A stretch of 64,000 nucleotides of DNA, from assembly GCA_035501255.1 (NCBI GenBank), contig DATJWM010000135.1, forward strand, positions 60 through 64,059, given 5' to 3'. A program made the translations under genes and the position numbers. Each line of letters begins with the position of its first letter. The first letter of the stretch is position 1. Of the stretch, positions 21,666-30,977 are shown in pieces. The stretch is from Mycobacteriales bacterium (GTDB lineage: Bacteria > Actinomycetota > Actinomycetes > JAFAQI01). The notes under the pieces were generated by a model. The model was not told the origin of the DNA and made no database searches. It saw nothing but the letters and a program-made list of their open reading frames with translations.

Positions 21666-21672
21666 ATCGCGC

Positions 21673-22464
21673 TCAGCGACCGACGAATCTCGGGGTACGC
21701 CGGGCTTTGCTCGCCGCGATCCCCTCGCGCAAATCGTCGGTCGCGAAGGTCACGGGCTGGGCGAGCGCCTCGTACTGCAGGGCGGCCTCGAGGCTCTGAC
21801 ACCGGTCGCCGCGCAGCCCGGCGACACTCAGACGGACCGCGACCGGGGCGTTGAGCGCAATCTGCTCGGCCACGGCGAGTGCAGCGCCGAGCACCTCCTC
21901 GGCACCAACCACACCGTTGACCAGACCGATGCGTAGCGCCTCTGCGGCGGACACCTTCCGGCCGGTGAGCAGAAGTTCACCCGCCACCGCATGGCCCACC
22001 ACCTCGGGCAACAGGTAGGTCGCGCCCATCCCGGCGTGCATGCCCAACCTGGTGAACGGCGCCGAGAGAACCGCGTCGTTCGCGGCGTAGCGCAGGTCGC
22101 AGGCGAGCGCGAGGCACAGTCCCGCTCCAATGGCAGGCCCGTTGATCGCCGCAATGGTGGGCACTTCCAGATCGCGAATCGACAGCCACGTGCGGTAGAA
22201 CGGCAGCATCCGGTCCCGGATCGCGTCAACGCTGAGATCGGGCGATTCCCCGATCCAGGACAGATCCCCGCCGGCGCAAAACGCCGGACCGGCGCCCGTC
22301 ACGACGACCGCCCGCACCGAGCGGTCGCCGCGCAGTGAGCCGACGGCCTCGCGCCACGCAGCGGTGAGCTCGGCGGTCATGGCGTTGCGCTGGTCGGGCA
22401 GGTCGAGGGTCAGCACGACAACACCGTCGGGACGACGGTCGACACGAAGCGGGCCTGAAGGCAT
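21673..22464 (-). CDS. Enoyl-CoA hydratase/isomerase (crotonase) family protein
   Basis: VVVTGAGPAFCAGGDL oxyanion-hole motif, INGPAIGAGLCLALACD, and C-terminal DLREGIAASKARRTPRF. Confidence 0.85.
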   Translation of the reverse strand: MPSGPLRVDRRPDGVVVLTLDLPDQRNAMTAELTAAWREAVGSLRGDRSVRAVVVTGAGPAFCAGGDLSWIGESPDLSVDAIRDRMLPFYRTWLSIRDLEVPTIAAINGPAIGAGLCLALACDLRYAANDAVLSAPFTRLGMHAGMGATYLLPEVVGHAVAGELLLTGRKVSAAEALRIGLVNGVVGAEEVLGAALAVAEQIALNAPVAVRLSVAGLRGDRCQSLEAALQYEALAQPVTFATDDLREGIAASKARRTPRFVGR

Positions 22465-22700
22465 CCGGTTCTCCCGGTCGAAAGGGGCGGTTCCGGGAGC
22501 CTAGGCCCTGGGTGAGAATCCTGCGCGCCGCGGGCGGCGGTCCGGTGTCGAACCAAGCTCAGGCGGCCGCGCGGGCATCCTCGGCCCGGGCCGACCGCCA
22601 CGCCCCACGCTCAGATACCGCGAAATTGAGCGTGGCGACGGTAGGGTGATCGAAGGTTCGACCGGCTCCCGGCCGGCGGCGATCGATCGAGGAGGGCCAG

Positions 22701-22853
22701 ATGGCCGACACCTACGAGGGCTACTGCGTGAAGTGCAAAGAGAAGCGCACGTACCAGGGTGAGATCAAGACCAGCGAGTCGGGCCGCCGGATGGCCCAGG
22801 GCCCATGCCCGGTCTGTGGCACCAAGGTGAATCGGATTCTCGGCAAAGCCTAG
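22701..22853 (+). CDS. 50-aa zinc-ribbon mini-protein (DUF5679-like), absent from the supplied ORF track
   Basis: ATG at 22701 follows GGAGGG. Translation is MADTYEGYCVKCKEKRTYQGEIKTSESGRRMAQGPCPVCGTKVNRILGKA with CxxC...CxxC, and TAG at 22851-22853. Confidence 0.6.
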   Translation: MADTYEGYCVKCKEKRTYQGEIKTSESGRRMAQGPCPVCGTKVNRILGKA

Positions 22854-22960
22854 GCATTTCGCCCGGCGTACCCGCTCGGTCCGTCTCCGAACCTCGGCAC
22901 GGCCCGACGCTCCTCCCCGTTGGCCGGGCTGCGCCATCGGCGCGAGCGCGACAGACATTT

Positions 22961-22996
22961 CGGAACCCCGCGAGGCACCGGTCTCGCGGGGTTCCG
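22961..22996 (+). terminator. 14-bp perfect-stem hairpin between the mini-protein and the E1-like gene
   Basis: CGGAACCCCGCGAG / CTCGCGGGGTTCCG with an 8-nt loop. No clear U-tract. Confidence 0.5.
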
Positions 22997-23141
22997 GCGC
23001 GTTGTGATCGATTTCCTCGCGATCCATTCGGGTCCCTCTCGCCGCTCGCTCACCGTCCAGCTGTGGACAGCGCCCGCGGACGAGCGCCCCGCTGTGCCAG
23101 GCTGCGGCGCTTGCGAGGAGAGGCCGATCGCCGTGCGCCCG

Positions 23142-24158
23142 ATGCTCAAACCCGCGTTGCGCCGGCTCTGGCGCGACCCGTCGACCCTTCAACTCGGGGT
23201 GGACCCGCGCCGGGCAATCGTCCTCGGCGGGATCGACCCGGCCGACCTCGCACTGCTCGACCTCATCGACGGTCGGCACGAGGTCACCGAGATCGCCGAC
23301 GACGCCGAGCGCAAGGGGCACCCGAGAGATCGCACTTTGGCCCTCCTGAACACCCTCGACGCTGCCGACGCACTCGACGACGGCGACGCCGCTCCCCCAC
23401 CCGACGCCCGGCTGGCTCCGGACCTGTTGTCTTTGTCGCTCGTGCATCGCGGGCCGGGCGAGGCTCCCCTGCGTCTGGCTCGGCGCCGCTCCGCAGCGGT
23501 CGAGGTGCGCGGTGCCGGACGGGTCGGCGCGACGCTCGCTCGTGCGCTCAATGCCGCGGGAGTCGGCCACCTCGCGGTCACCGACGACGGGCCGGTCAGG
23601 GACGCCGACCTCGCGCCCGGTGGGATCCGGGTCGTCGGCGCGCACGTCACCACCCGGGCGCAGCAACTGCGGCGCGAGATCGACACCGAGCCGAGTGTCG
23701 TCCGGCGCGCCGATGCCCTGATCGTGCTGGCGCCCACGGGCGGATTCCTGCCGCCCGAGTGGCTGGCCACCGCCCGTCATCAGGTGCATCTTCCGGTGCT
23801 CATCCGCGAGACGACCGCGTCGATCGGGCCGCTCGTCTTGCCCGGGAGCAGCCCCTGCCTTCGGTGCCTTGAGCTGGCCAGGGGCGAGCGCGACCCCGTG
23901 TGGCCGGCGTTGACCGCGCAGCTCGTGGGTCAGCCCGCAGGAGTCGAGCCCTGCGACGTGGTCCTCGCCGGTGCGGCCGCATCGATCGCCGCCCTGCACG
24001 TTCTCGCCTGGATCGAGCACGGCGACGACCGGCCTCCGCCGAGTGTCGGCGGGGTTTTCGAGTTGTCTCTGGTTGACCTTCGGCTACGGCGCCGAACAAT
24101 CACCGCGCATCCGGACTGTGGATGCGGCGCGGTTGGGATCACTGAACCCCACCCGTAG
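23142..24158 (+). CDS. ThiF/E1-like protein with an N-terminal leader-peptide-binding-like domain (TOMM cyclodehydratase C-protein-like)
   Basis: N-terminus LKPALRRLWRDPSTLQLGVDPRRAIVLGGIDPADLALLDLIDGRHEV resembles PqqD/RRE-type openings of cyclodehydratase-domain proteins. GAGRVGA Rossmann motif. SSPCLRCL and CGCG cysteine motifs. ATG at 23142. Confidence 0.6.
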   Translation: MLKPALRRLWRDPSTLQLGVDPRRAIVLGGIDPADLALLDLIDGRHEVTEIADDAERKGHPRDRTLALLNTLDAADALDDGDAAPPPDARLAPDLLSLSLVHRGPGEAPLRLARRRSAAVEVRGAGRVGATLARALNAAGVGHLAVTDDGPVRDADLAPGGIRVVGAHVTTRAQQLRREIDTEPSVVRRADALIVLAPTGGFLPPEWLATARHQVHLPVLIRETTASIGPLVLPGSSPCLRCLELARGERDPVWPALTAQLVGQPAGVEPCDVVLAGAAASIAALHVLAWIEHGDDRPPPSVGGVFELSLVDLRLRRRTITAHPDCGCGAVGITEPHP

Positions 24159-24172
24159 CGGGAGCCCGGAGG

Positions 24173-25462
24173 TCAGGATTGGCGCTGCGCGGCAGGCACG
24201 TAGTCGCGCTTGGTGGCACCCGTGTACACCTGACGCGGACGCCCGATCCTGGTGTCGGGGTCGGTCATCATCTCCCGCCAGTGCGCGATCCATCCCGGCA
24301 GCCGACCGAGAGCGAACAGCACGGTGAACATCGGGGTGGGGAAGCCCATCGCTTTGTAGATCACTCCGGTGTAGAAGTCGACGTTCGGATACAGCTTGCG
24401 CTCGACGAAGTAGTCGTCGGCGAGGGCGATCTCTTCGAGCTCGATCGCGAGATCGAGCATCGGGTCTTGCACGCTCAACGCGTCGAGCACGTCGCGGGTG
24501 GCCTTCTTCACGATCGCGGCCCGCGGGTCGTAACTCTTGTAGACCCGGTGGCCGAACCCCATCAGCTTGACGCCCGGCTCCTTGTTCTTCACCCGCTCGA
24601 CGAACGAGCGCACATCCCCGCCGTCGGTCATGATCGTGTCCAGCATCTCGAGCACCGCCTGGTTGGCGCCGCCGTGCAGTGGACCGAAGAGCGCGTTGAC
24701 CCCGGCGGAAACCGAGGCGAACAGGTTCGCGTGGGCGGACCCCACCATGCGAACGGTAGAGGTCGAGCAGTTCTGCTCGTGATCGGCGTGCAGGATCAGG
24801 AGCATGTCGAGGACTTTGGCGACGGTCGGATCGACGTCGTAGGTCTCGGCAGGTACGCCGAAAGTCATCCGGAGGAAGTTCTCGACGTACCCGAGGGAGT
24901 TGTCCGGGTACAGGAACGGCTGGCCGACCGCCTTCTTGTGCGCATAGGCCGCAATCGTCGGAAGCTTCGCGAGCAGTCGCATCGTCGTCTGCTCGACATG
25001 CACCGGGTCGAACGGGTCGAGGGTGTCCTGGTAGAAGGTCGATAGCGCGCTCACCGCCGAGGAGAGCACCGGCATCGGGTGCGCGTCGCGCGGGAAGCCG
25101 CCGAAAAAGCCGGTCAGATCCTCGTGCAACATCGTGTGCTTCATGACCTCGGCCGTGAAAGTCGCGAGCTCCGCCCGTGTGGGGAGTTCGCCGTAGATCA
25201 GCAGGTAGGACGTCTCGAGGAACGACGAGGACTCGGCGAGCTGTTCGATCGGGTAACCGCGGTAGCGAAGGATGCCGGCGTCACCGTCGATGAAGGTAAT
25301 GGCCGATGTGCACGAGGCGGTGTTGCCGAAACCGGGGTCGTAGGTGACTCGCCCGGTGGTCGAGAGCAGCTTTCCCACGTGCATCCCCGACGGCGCCTCG
25401 GTCCCCTCGACCTCGTCGAGGGGCAGCACCCCGCTCGGGTAGTTGAGTTCGTAGTCGGCCAT
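24173..25462 (-). CDS. gltA: Citrate synthase (type II)
   Basis: LILHADHEQNCSTSTVR, GPLHGGAN and MGFGHRVYKSYDPRA motifs. ATG at 25462 follows GAGGGAG. Only the 3' third of the 1071-aa track ORF is real. Confidence 0.92.
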   Translation of the reverse strand: MADYELNYPSGVLPLDEVEGTEAPSGMHVGKLLSTTGRVTYDPGFGNTASCTSAITFIDGDAGILRYRGYPIEQLAESSSFLETSYLLIYGELPTRAELATFTAEVMKHTMLHEDLTGFFGGFPRDAHPMPVLSSAVSALSTFYQDTLDPFDPVHVEQTTMRLLAKLPTIAAYAHKKAVGQPFLYPDNSLGYVENFLRMTFGVPAETYDVDPTVAKVLDMLLILHADHEQNCSTSTVRMVGSAHANLFASVSAGVNALFGPLHGGANQAVLEMLDTIMTDGGDVRSFVERVKNKEPGVKLMGFGHRVYKSYDPRAAIVKKATRDVLDALSVQDPMLDLAIELEEIALADDYFVERKLYPNVDFYTGVIYKAMGFPTPMFTVLFALGRLPGWIAHWREMMTDPDTRIGRPRQVYTGATKRDYVPAAQRQS

Positions 25463-25513
25463 CTGGATCTCCCTCACGCACACGCCTCGGCTTCGATCAA
25501 CGAGAATAGAGGG

Positions 25514-26899
25514 GTGAGTGACATCCCGAAGTGGGCGATCTCCCGATCCGTGAAGCTCGCGAGCATTCCCACCCGATTTGCCGGACGCACGGCGCTCGGC
25601 GTGGGCAAGCGGATCGGGGGACGACCGGCCGAGGTTGTCGCATCCGAGATCCAGCAGCGCACCGCGGATCAACTCTTTCGCGTGCTCGGCGAACTCAAGG
25701 GCGGCGCCATGAAATTCGGGCAAGCGCTGTCGGTCTTCGAGGCTGCGCTCCCCGAAGATCTGGCCGCGCCGTACCGAGCGGCACTCACCAAACTCCAGGA
25801 CGCGGCACCGCCGATGCCGGCCGCAACCGTGCACTCCGTCCTGGCCGACGCGCTCGGGCCGGACTGGCGTTCGTCGTTCCTGGAGTGGGACGACCGGCCT
25901 GCGGCTGCGGCCTCGATCGGTCAGGTCCACAAGGCGGTCTGGAAGGACGGCCAGACGGTCGCGGTCAAGGTTCAGTACCCGGGTGCCGGTCCGGCGCTGC
26001 TCTCCGACCTCAACCAGCTTGCGCGCCTCGCCCGGCTGTTCGCGGTCATCAACCAGGGTCTGGACGTCAAGCCACTGATCAAGGAGCTCAAAGAGCGGGT
26101 CGCCGAGGAGCTTGACTACGAGCAGGAAGCGGCGTCCCAGGCACGCTTCGCTGCCGCCTATGACGGCGACCCCGACATCGTCGTACCGAAGGTGCTCAGC
26201 CAGGCCGGAAACGTCCTGGTCACGCAGTGGGTGGACGGGACTCCGTTGTCGGTGCTGATCCGCGACGGCAGTCCCGCGCAGCGCAACCGGGCCGGGCTGC
26301 TGCTCACCCGCTTCCTGTTCTCCGGACCGTCCCGGGCCGGCCTGTTGCACGCCGACCCGCACCCCGGCAACTTCCGGATCACCGCGCAGGACACCCTCGC
26401 CGTGCTGGACTACGGGGCGGTCAACCGGCTCCCCGGCGGTTTCCCTCCGCAGATCGGTGCGCTCGGGAGGCTCGCGCTCGAAGGGCATGCGGACGCGGTC
26501 CTCGACGGGCTGCGCGACGAAGGGTTCGTGCCGGATGATCTCGAGGTCGACGCGCAGGCCGTGCTGGACTACGTGCTGCCCATGCTCGCGCCGGTCATTG
26601 CTGAGCGGTTCCACTTCACCCGGTCCTGGCTGCGACAGGAGGCCGCGCGAGTCAGCGACCCGCGCTCTCCCGCAAACCAACTCGGCCGCCAGCTGAACTT
26701 GCCGGCTACCTACCTGCTCATGCACCGGGTCAGCACCGGGCTGATCGGAGTCCTGTGCCAGCTCGACGCCGAGATCCCCTACGGCGCCGAACTCCGCCGC
26801 TGGCTCCCCGGCCTCGCGGGCCCCCCACCGACCGAATCCGTCGACCCGGCAGACTCTTGCGGAAGGCGCGACATCGCGGACCTGCCCGAGCGCCCCTGA
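25514..26899 (+). CDS. ABC1/UbiB (AarF) family atypical protein kinase
   Basis: GGAMKFGQALS, AAASIGQVHKA and HADPHPGNF motifs. GTG at 25514. Confidence 0.85.
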   Translation: MSDIPKWAISRSVKLASIPTRFAGRTALGVGKRIGGRPAEVVASEIQQRTADQLFRVLGELKGGAMKFGQALSVFEAALPEDLAAPYRAALTKLQDAAPPMPAATVHSVLADALGPDWRSSFLEWDDRPAAAASIGQVHKAVWKDGQTVAVKVQYPGAGPALLSDLNQLARLARLFAVINQGLDVKPLIKELKERVAEELDYEQEAASQARFAAAYDGDPDIVVPKVLSQAGNVLVTQWVDGTPLSVLIRDGSPAQRNRAGLLLTRFLFSGPSRAGLLHADPHPGNFRITAQDTLAVLDYGAVNRLPGGFPPQIGALGRLALEGHADAVLDGLRDEGFVPDDLEVDAQAVLDYVLPMLAPVIAERFHFTRSWLRQEAARVSDPRSPANQLGRQLNLPATYLLMHRVSTGLIGVLCQLDAEIPYGAELRRWLPGLAGPPPTESVDPADSCGRRDIADLPERP

Positions 26900-26911
26900 C
26901 CTGGAGGACGG

Positions 26912-27349
26912 ATGGCCCGTTCGGAACACGATTCGGAACACGAGGAGATCGTCGAGACGCTCCGGGCACTGCCGGTCTTTGCGAACTGCGACCGCTCCGA
27001 TCTGAACGACCTCGCCGAACACGCTCGGCGGACGTCGCTGCCGGCCAACTGGCCGCTGATCCAGCAAGAGACACCATCGGACGCCTGCTACGTCCTGCTG
27101 AGCGGCTCCGCCGACATCCTCGACGGAGATCGCAAGCTCGACACCGTCGCAGCGGGCGCCGTCGTCGGCGAGGTCGGGTTGACCGCTCACCGGTTGCGCA
27201 ACGCAAGCGTCGTGTCGACCTCGCCCCTGACCTTGCTGCACATCTCCGCGAGTGAGTTCACGGCCCTGATCGAGCGCCGACCGGCGCTGCGGCGAGCGTT
27301 CGAGAGCCGAAGCACGCCCGCCCACTCCGCGGAGGCCGATCAGGACTAA
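26912..27349 (+). CDS. Stand-alone cyclic nucleotide-binding domain protein
   Basis: [15 protein letters not shown]...GAVVGEVGL...[17 protein letters not shown] follows the cNMP-binding beta-barrel pattern. GGAGGA RBS. Confidence 0.8.
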   Translation: MARSEHDSEHEEIVETLRALPVFANCDRSDLNDLAEHARRTSLPANWPLIQQETPSDACYVLLSGSADILDGDRKLDTVAAGAVVGEVGLTAHRLRNASVVSTSPLTLLHISASEFTALIERRPALRRAFESRSTPAHSAEADQD

Positions 27350-27398
27350 CACCCGGGAGGATGAGCCACAGACCCATCCTGGCCTCATCCCCGGATCG

Positions 27399-28994
27399 GT
27401 GGTGGACTACCGTTCGGCGGTGGACAGTGAATCGGGATTCCCCATCGAGACGCGTTACGACGCGTCCAGCCTGCAGGGGTGGGACCCGGCGACCCAGCTA
27501 GGCGAGCCCGGCGGCTACCCCTTCACCAGAGGCGTCTATCCCTCCATGTACACGGGCCGGCCGTGGACGATCCGTCAGTACGCCGGCTTCGGCACCGCCC
27601 GGGAGTCCAACGAGCGCTACCACCAGCTGGTCGCGAACGGCTCCACCGGGCTCTCGGTGGCGTTCGACCTGCCGACCCAGATGGGCTACGACTCCGACGA
27701 CCCGGTCGCCTCGGGTGAGGTCGGCAAGGTCGGCGTGGCGATCGACTCGGTCGAGGACATGCGGGTGCTCTTCGACGGCATCCCGCTGGACAAGGTCTCG
27801 ACGTCGATGACGATCAATGCACCGGCGTCGCTGTTGCTTTTGCTTTACGAACTGGTCGGCGCGGAGCAGGGCGTGCCCGCAAGCGCGCTCACCGGCACCA
27901 TCCAAAACGACATCCTCAAGGAGTACATCGCCCGCGGAACCTACATCTTCCCGCCGAAGCCGTCGCTGCGACTGATCACCGACATCTTCAGCTACTGCCG
28001 CTCCGCCGTACCGAAGTGGAACACGATCTCGATCTCGGGCTATCACATGGCCGAGGCCGGAGCGACCCCCGCGCAGGAGATCGCGTTCACGATCGCCGAC
28101 GGGATCGAATACGTTCGTGCCGCGATCGCAAGCGGCCAGCACGTGGACGAGTTCGCGCCCGCGCTCTCGTTCTTCTTCGTGGCCCGCACCACGTTGTTGG
28201 AGGAGGTCGCGAAGTTCCGCGCTGCGCGACGGATCTGGGCGCGAGTGATGAAGGAGACGTTCGGAGCCGAGAACCCCAAGTCACAGATGCTGAGATTTCA
28301 CACCCAGACCGCGGGCGTTCAACTCACCGCCCAGCAGCCCGAGGTCAACCTGATCCGGGTCACCACCCAAGCGCTCGCCGCGTTGTTCGGCGGGACCCAG
28401 TCGCTGCACACGAACTCCTACGACGAGGCGATTGCGCTCCCCACCGAGAAGGCGGCCCGGCTCGCCGTGCGCACCCAGCAGGTGCTGGCCCACGAGACCG
28501 ACATCACGGCCACGGTCGACCCGTTCGCCGGCTCCTATGCCGTGGAGTCGATGACCGACGAGGTCGAGGCGGCCGCGGTCGAACTGATGCGCCGGATCGA
28601 AGACATGGGAGGCGCGGTCGCCGCGATCGAGCGGGGTTATCAGAAAGGCGAGATCGAGCGGACGGCGTACCGGACATCGCAGCAGATCGACGCCGGCGAG
28701 CGGGTCGTCGTCGGGGTCAACAAGTTCACCGTCGACGTGGAGGAGCACTACGAGCCGTTGCGGGTCGACCCGCGGATCGGGGAGGCGCAGGCCGAGCGGC
28801 TGGCGAAGCTGCGGGCGGACCGCTCGTCGGCCGATGTGAGCGCGGCCCTCGACGCGCTGCGGTTCGCCGCGGAAGGTACCGACAACGTCCTGGTCCCGAT
28901 GCGGGCCGCCCTCGCCGCTCGGGCCACCGTCGGCGAGGTCTGCAACGCGCTACGGGAAATATGGGGGACCTACCAGCCTGTTGACCCGTCATGA
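27399..28994 (+). CDS. Methylmalonyl-CoA mutase-family catalytic (large, N-terminal) subunit without a B12-binding domain
   Basis: [30 protein letters not shown] and [12 protein letters not shown] motifs. The Tyr and Arg positions are the MCM type, not the ICM type. The protein ends before any DxHxxG B12 domain. Confidence 0.88.
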   Translation: MVDYRSAVDSESGFPIETRYDASSLQGWDPATQLGEPGGYPFTRGVYPSMYTGRPWTIRQYAGFGTARESNERYHQLVANGSTGLSVAFDLPTQMGYDSDDPVASGEVGKVGVAIDSVEDMRVLFDGIPLDKVSTSMTINAPASLLLLLYELVGAEQGVPASALTGTIQNDILKEYIARGTYIFPPKPSLRLITDIFSYCRSAVPKWNTISISGYHMAEAGATPAQEIAFTIADGIEYVRAAIASGQHVDEFAPALSFFFVARTTLLEEVAKFRAARRIWARVMKETFGAENPKSQMLRFHTQTAGVQLTAQQPEVNLIRVTTQALAALFGGTQSLHTNSYDEAIALPTEKAARLAVRTQQVLAHETDITATVDPFAGSYAVESMTDEVEAAAVELMRRIEDMGGAVAAIERGYQKGEIERTAYRTSQQIDAGERVVVGVNKFTVDVEEHYEPLRVDPRIGEAQAERLAKLRADRSSADVSAALDALRFAAEGTDNVLVPMRAALAARATVGEVCNALREIWGTYQPVDPS

Positions 28995-29578
28995 CCGACG
29001 ACCGGATCGAGATGAACGGCGACCAGATCGACCTTGCCGGCGCCGAGAAGGCGGCGGCGGACCTGCTCGGCGCGTTGGGCGTTGACACCAGCGAGGCGCC
29101 GCTGGCCGGCACCCCCGCTCGGATCGCCCGGGCCTACGCCGAGCTCCTGACCCACCGGGAGTTCTCGCTCACCACCTTCCCCAACGACGAGGGCTACGAC
29201 GAGCTGGTCATCGCCCGGGATATCCCGTTCTCCTCGGTCTGCGAGCATCACTTCCTGCCGTTCGTCGGCACGGCCGTCGTGGCATACCTACCCGGCGAGC
29301 GGATCCTCGGACTATCCAAGCTCGCCCGGGTGGTCGAGATGTTCGCCCGCCGCCCGCAGGTACAAGAGCGGATGACCACGCAGATCGCGCGTTGGCTGAA
29401 TGACAACCTCGCGCCGAAAGGCGTCGGCATCGTCCTCGAGGCCGAGCACACGTGCATGACGATCCGCGGGGTGGGGGCCCGGGGGGCGACAACGGTGACC
29501 TCAACACTGCTCGGGCACCTGCGCAACGACGCCCGAAGCCGGGCCGAGTTCCTGACCCTCGCCCACCTCCAGCGCTAA
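28991..29578 (+). CDS. folE: GTP cyclohydrolase I
   Basis: [14 protein letters not shown] and RPQVQERMT motifs. ATGA overlap with the mutase stop. Confidence 0.9.
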   Translation: MTDDRIEMNGDQIDLAGAEKAAADLLGALGVDTSEAPLAGTPARIARAYAELLTHREFSLTTFPNDEGYDELVIARDIPFSSVCEHHFLPFVGTAVVAYLPGERILGLSKLARVVEMFARRPQVQERMTTQIARWLNDNLAPKGVGIVLEAEHTCMTIRGVGARGATTVTSTLLGHLRNDARSRAEFLTLAHLQR

Positions 29579-29585
29579 CCCCCTT

Positions 29586-29648
29586 CGCCCAACTGTCAGT
29601 TATCGGCCGTTTTCGGCGAAGAAATGGCCGATAACTGACAGTTGGGCG
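29586..29648 (+). repeat. 23-bp perfect inverted repeat (63-nt hairpin); probable folE terminator or a dispersed palindromic element
   Basis: CGCCCAACTGTCAGTTATCGGCC (29586-29608) is the exact reverse complement of 29626-29648, with a 17-nt loop. It is locally AT-rich and starts 8 nt after the folE stop. Confidence 0.7.
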
Positions 29649-29709
29649 GATGGCGGCGGGGATCCGGATTCACAGGTAGCTCCCAGGCGTACCTCACGCG
29701 GTGCTCAGG

Positions 29710-29734
29710 GCGTGATCTCAGGCTGAGATCACGC
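29710..29734. promoter_or_regulatory. Perfect 25-bp palindrome (12-bp arms, 1-nt centre), candidate operator
   Basis: GCGTGATCTCAG-G-CTGAGATCACGC, verified base by base. It lies 59-83 bp upstream of the GTG at 29793. Confidence 0.4.
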
Positions 29735-29792
29735 TTCGAATGCCGGCGTTTCGGGCCGTGCATTCCTGTCCCGCGAACCAGGAGAGTACGTC

Positions 29793-30977
29793 GTGCCGCG
29801 ACCGTTGCACCTCCTTCGCCGCTGGCCGGTCATCGCCGCCGCGGTCGTCATCGTCCTCGCCGGCGGTGGAGCCGCATGGGCGATGACCCGATCCTCGGGC
29901 TCGTCGAACGCAACGACCCAGGTCGTGGCCGCGAAGTACGCCACGATCAACCAGACCGTGTCGACCTCCGGCACGATCGAGCCGTTGCATTCCGCGGATC
30001 TCGACTTCGCGACGAGCGGTCGAGTCACCTCGATTCGGGTCAAGGAAGGCGAGAAGGTCCGCAACGGCGAGGTCCTCGCCACCGTCGGCCGGGCGGCGTT
30101 GGTCGCGCAGGTCGCGGCCGCACGGGCCAGCGTCGAGTCCGCGGCCGCCAAGGTTGCCGAAGATTCCACGGGATCGAGCACCCAGCTCGCCGCCGATCGG
30201 GCCGCGCTGGTCTCGGCAAACAGCCAGCTCGCGTCCGCGAAATCCGCGCTCCGGGACGCCAGCCTGCGGGCAACGATCAACGGGACGGTCACGTCGGTCA
30301 ACCTGACCAAGGGCCAGCAAGTGAGCGGTACGTCGACCGCCAGCAACGCAGCGACGTCGTCGTCAACCTCATCGGAGAGCCAGGTCGTCATCCAGTCCTC
30401 CCGAACCTTCCTCGTTGACGCCACGGTCGATGACACCGAGGTCAGCTCGGTCAAGAAGGGGCAGAAGGTCACGATCACGCCCGACGGTGCGACCACAACC
30501 GTCAACGGCGTCGTCACGTCGGTCAGCACCGTGCCGTCGTCCGAGTCCAGCGTGGTCAGCTTTCCGATCGTCGTCCGGGTCGCCGGCCACCCGAGCGGCG
30601 TATACGCGGGCGCAAGCGCGACGCTCCTGATCACGACGAAACACCTCGCCCACGTGCTCGAGATCCCGACCCTGGCAGTCACCTACAGCGGGTCCACCGC
30701 AACCGTGAAGGTGCGTTCCGGCAACTCCACCACAACCCGCACGATCACGACCGGTTCGACCTACGGCCAGGAAACCCAGGTGGTGTCCGGACTGAAGTCC
30801 GGCGAGGACGTGGTGGTCACGGTTCCGTCGTTCGCCCAGTTCAACCGCGGAAGCGGTGGCGAAGGCAACGTGCCCAGCGGCGGCCTGTTCGGCGGGACCG
30901 GCGGGAACAGCGGCGGCGGAGGCTTCCCGACCGGGGGCGGCTTCCCCGATGGCAGCGGCGGATTCGGAAACGGCTGA
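29793..30977 (+). CDS. Membrane-fusion protein (HlyD/MacA-like periplasmic adaptor) with a Gly-rich C-terminal tail
   Basis: N-terminal TM segment, biotinyl-like barrel motifs (GRVTSIRVKEGEKVRNGEVLATV), a coiled-coil segment and a beta-barrel (VDDTEVSSVKKGQKVTIT). The tail is GGLFGGTGGNSGGGGFPTGGGFPDGSGGFGNG. Confidence 0.8.
   Translation: MPRPLHLLRRWPVIAAAVVIVLAGGGAAWAMTRSSGSSNATTQVVAAKYATINQTVSTSGTIEPLHSADLDFATSGRVTSIRVKEGEKVRNGEVLATVGRAALVAQVAAARASVESAAAKVAEDSTGSSTQLAADRAALVSANSQLASAKSALRDASLRATINGTVTSVNLTKGQQVSGTSTASNAATSSSTSSESQVVIQSSRTFLVDATVDDTEVSSVKKGQKVTITPDGATTTVNGVVTSVSTVPSSESSVVSFPIVVRVAGHPSGVYAGASATLLITTKHLAHVLEIPTLAVTYSGSTATVKVRSGNSTTTRTITTGSTYGQETQVVSGLKSGEDVVVTVPSFAQFNRGSGGEGNVPSGGLFGGTGGNSGGGGFPTGGGFPDGSGGFGNG

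Noticed and set aside
22701-24158. Calling the mini-protein + E1-like pair a TOMM/thiopeptide RiPP cluster
   Set aside because: There is no YcaO cyclodehydratase, dehydrogenase, leader peptidase or exporter nearby. The mini-protein looks like a structural zinc ribbon, not a leader-core precursor. The observation is kept only as an unexplained adjacency.
25463-27388. Upstream two-thirds of the 1071-aa minus-strand ORF 24173..27388
   Set aside because: Only 24173..25462 is citrate synthase, with its own RBS and ATG. The rest runs antisense to the well-supported ABC1 kinase and cNMP-binding genes and has junk-like composition.
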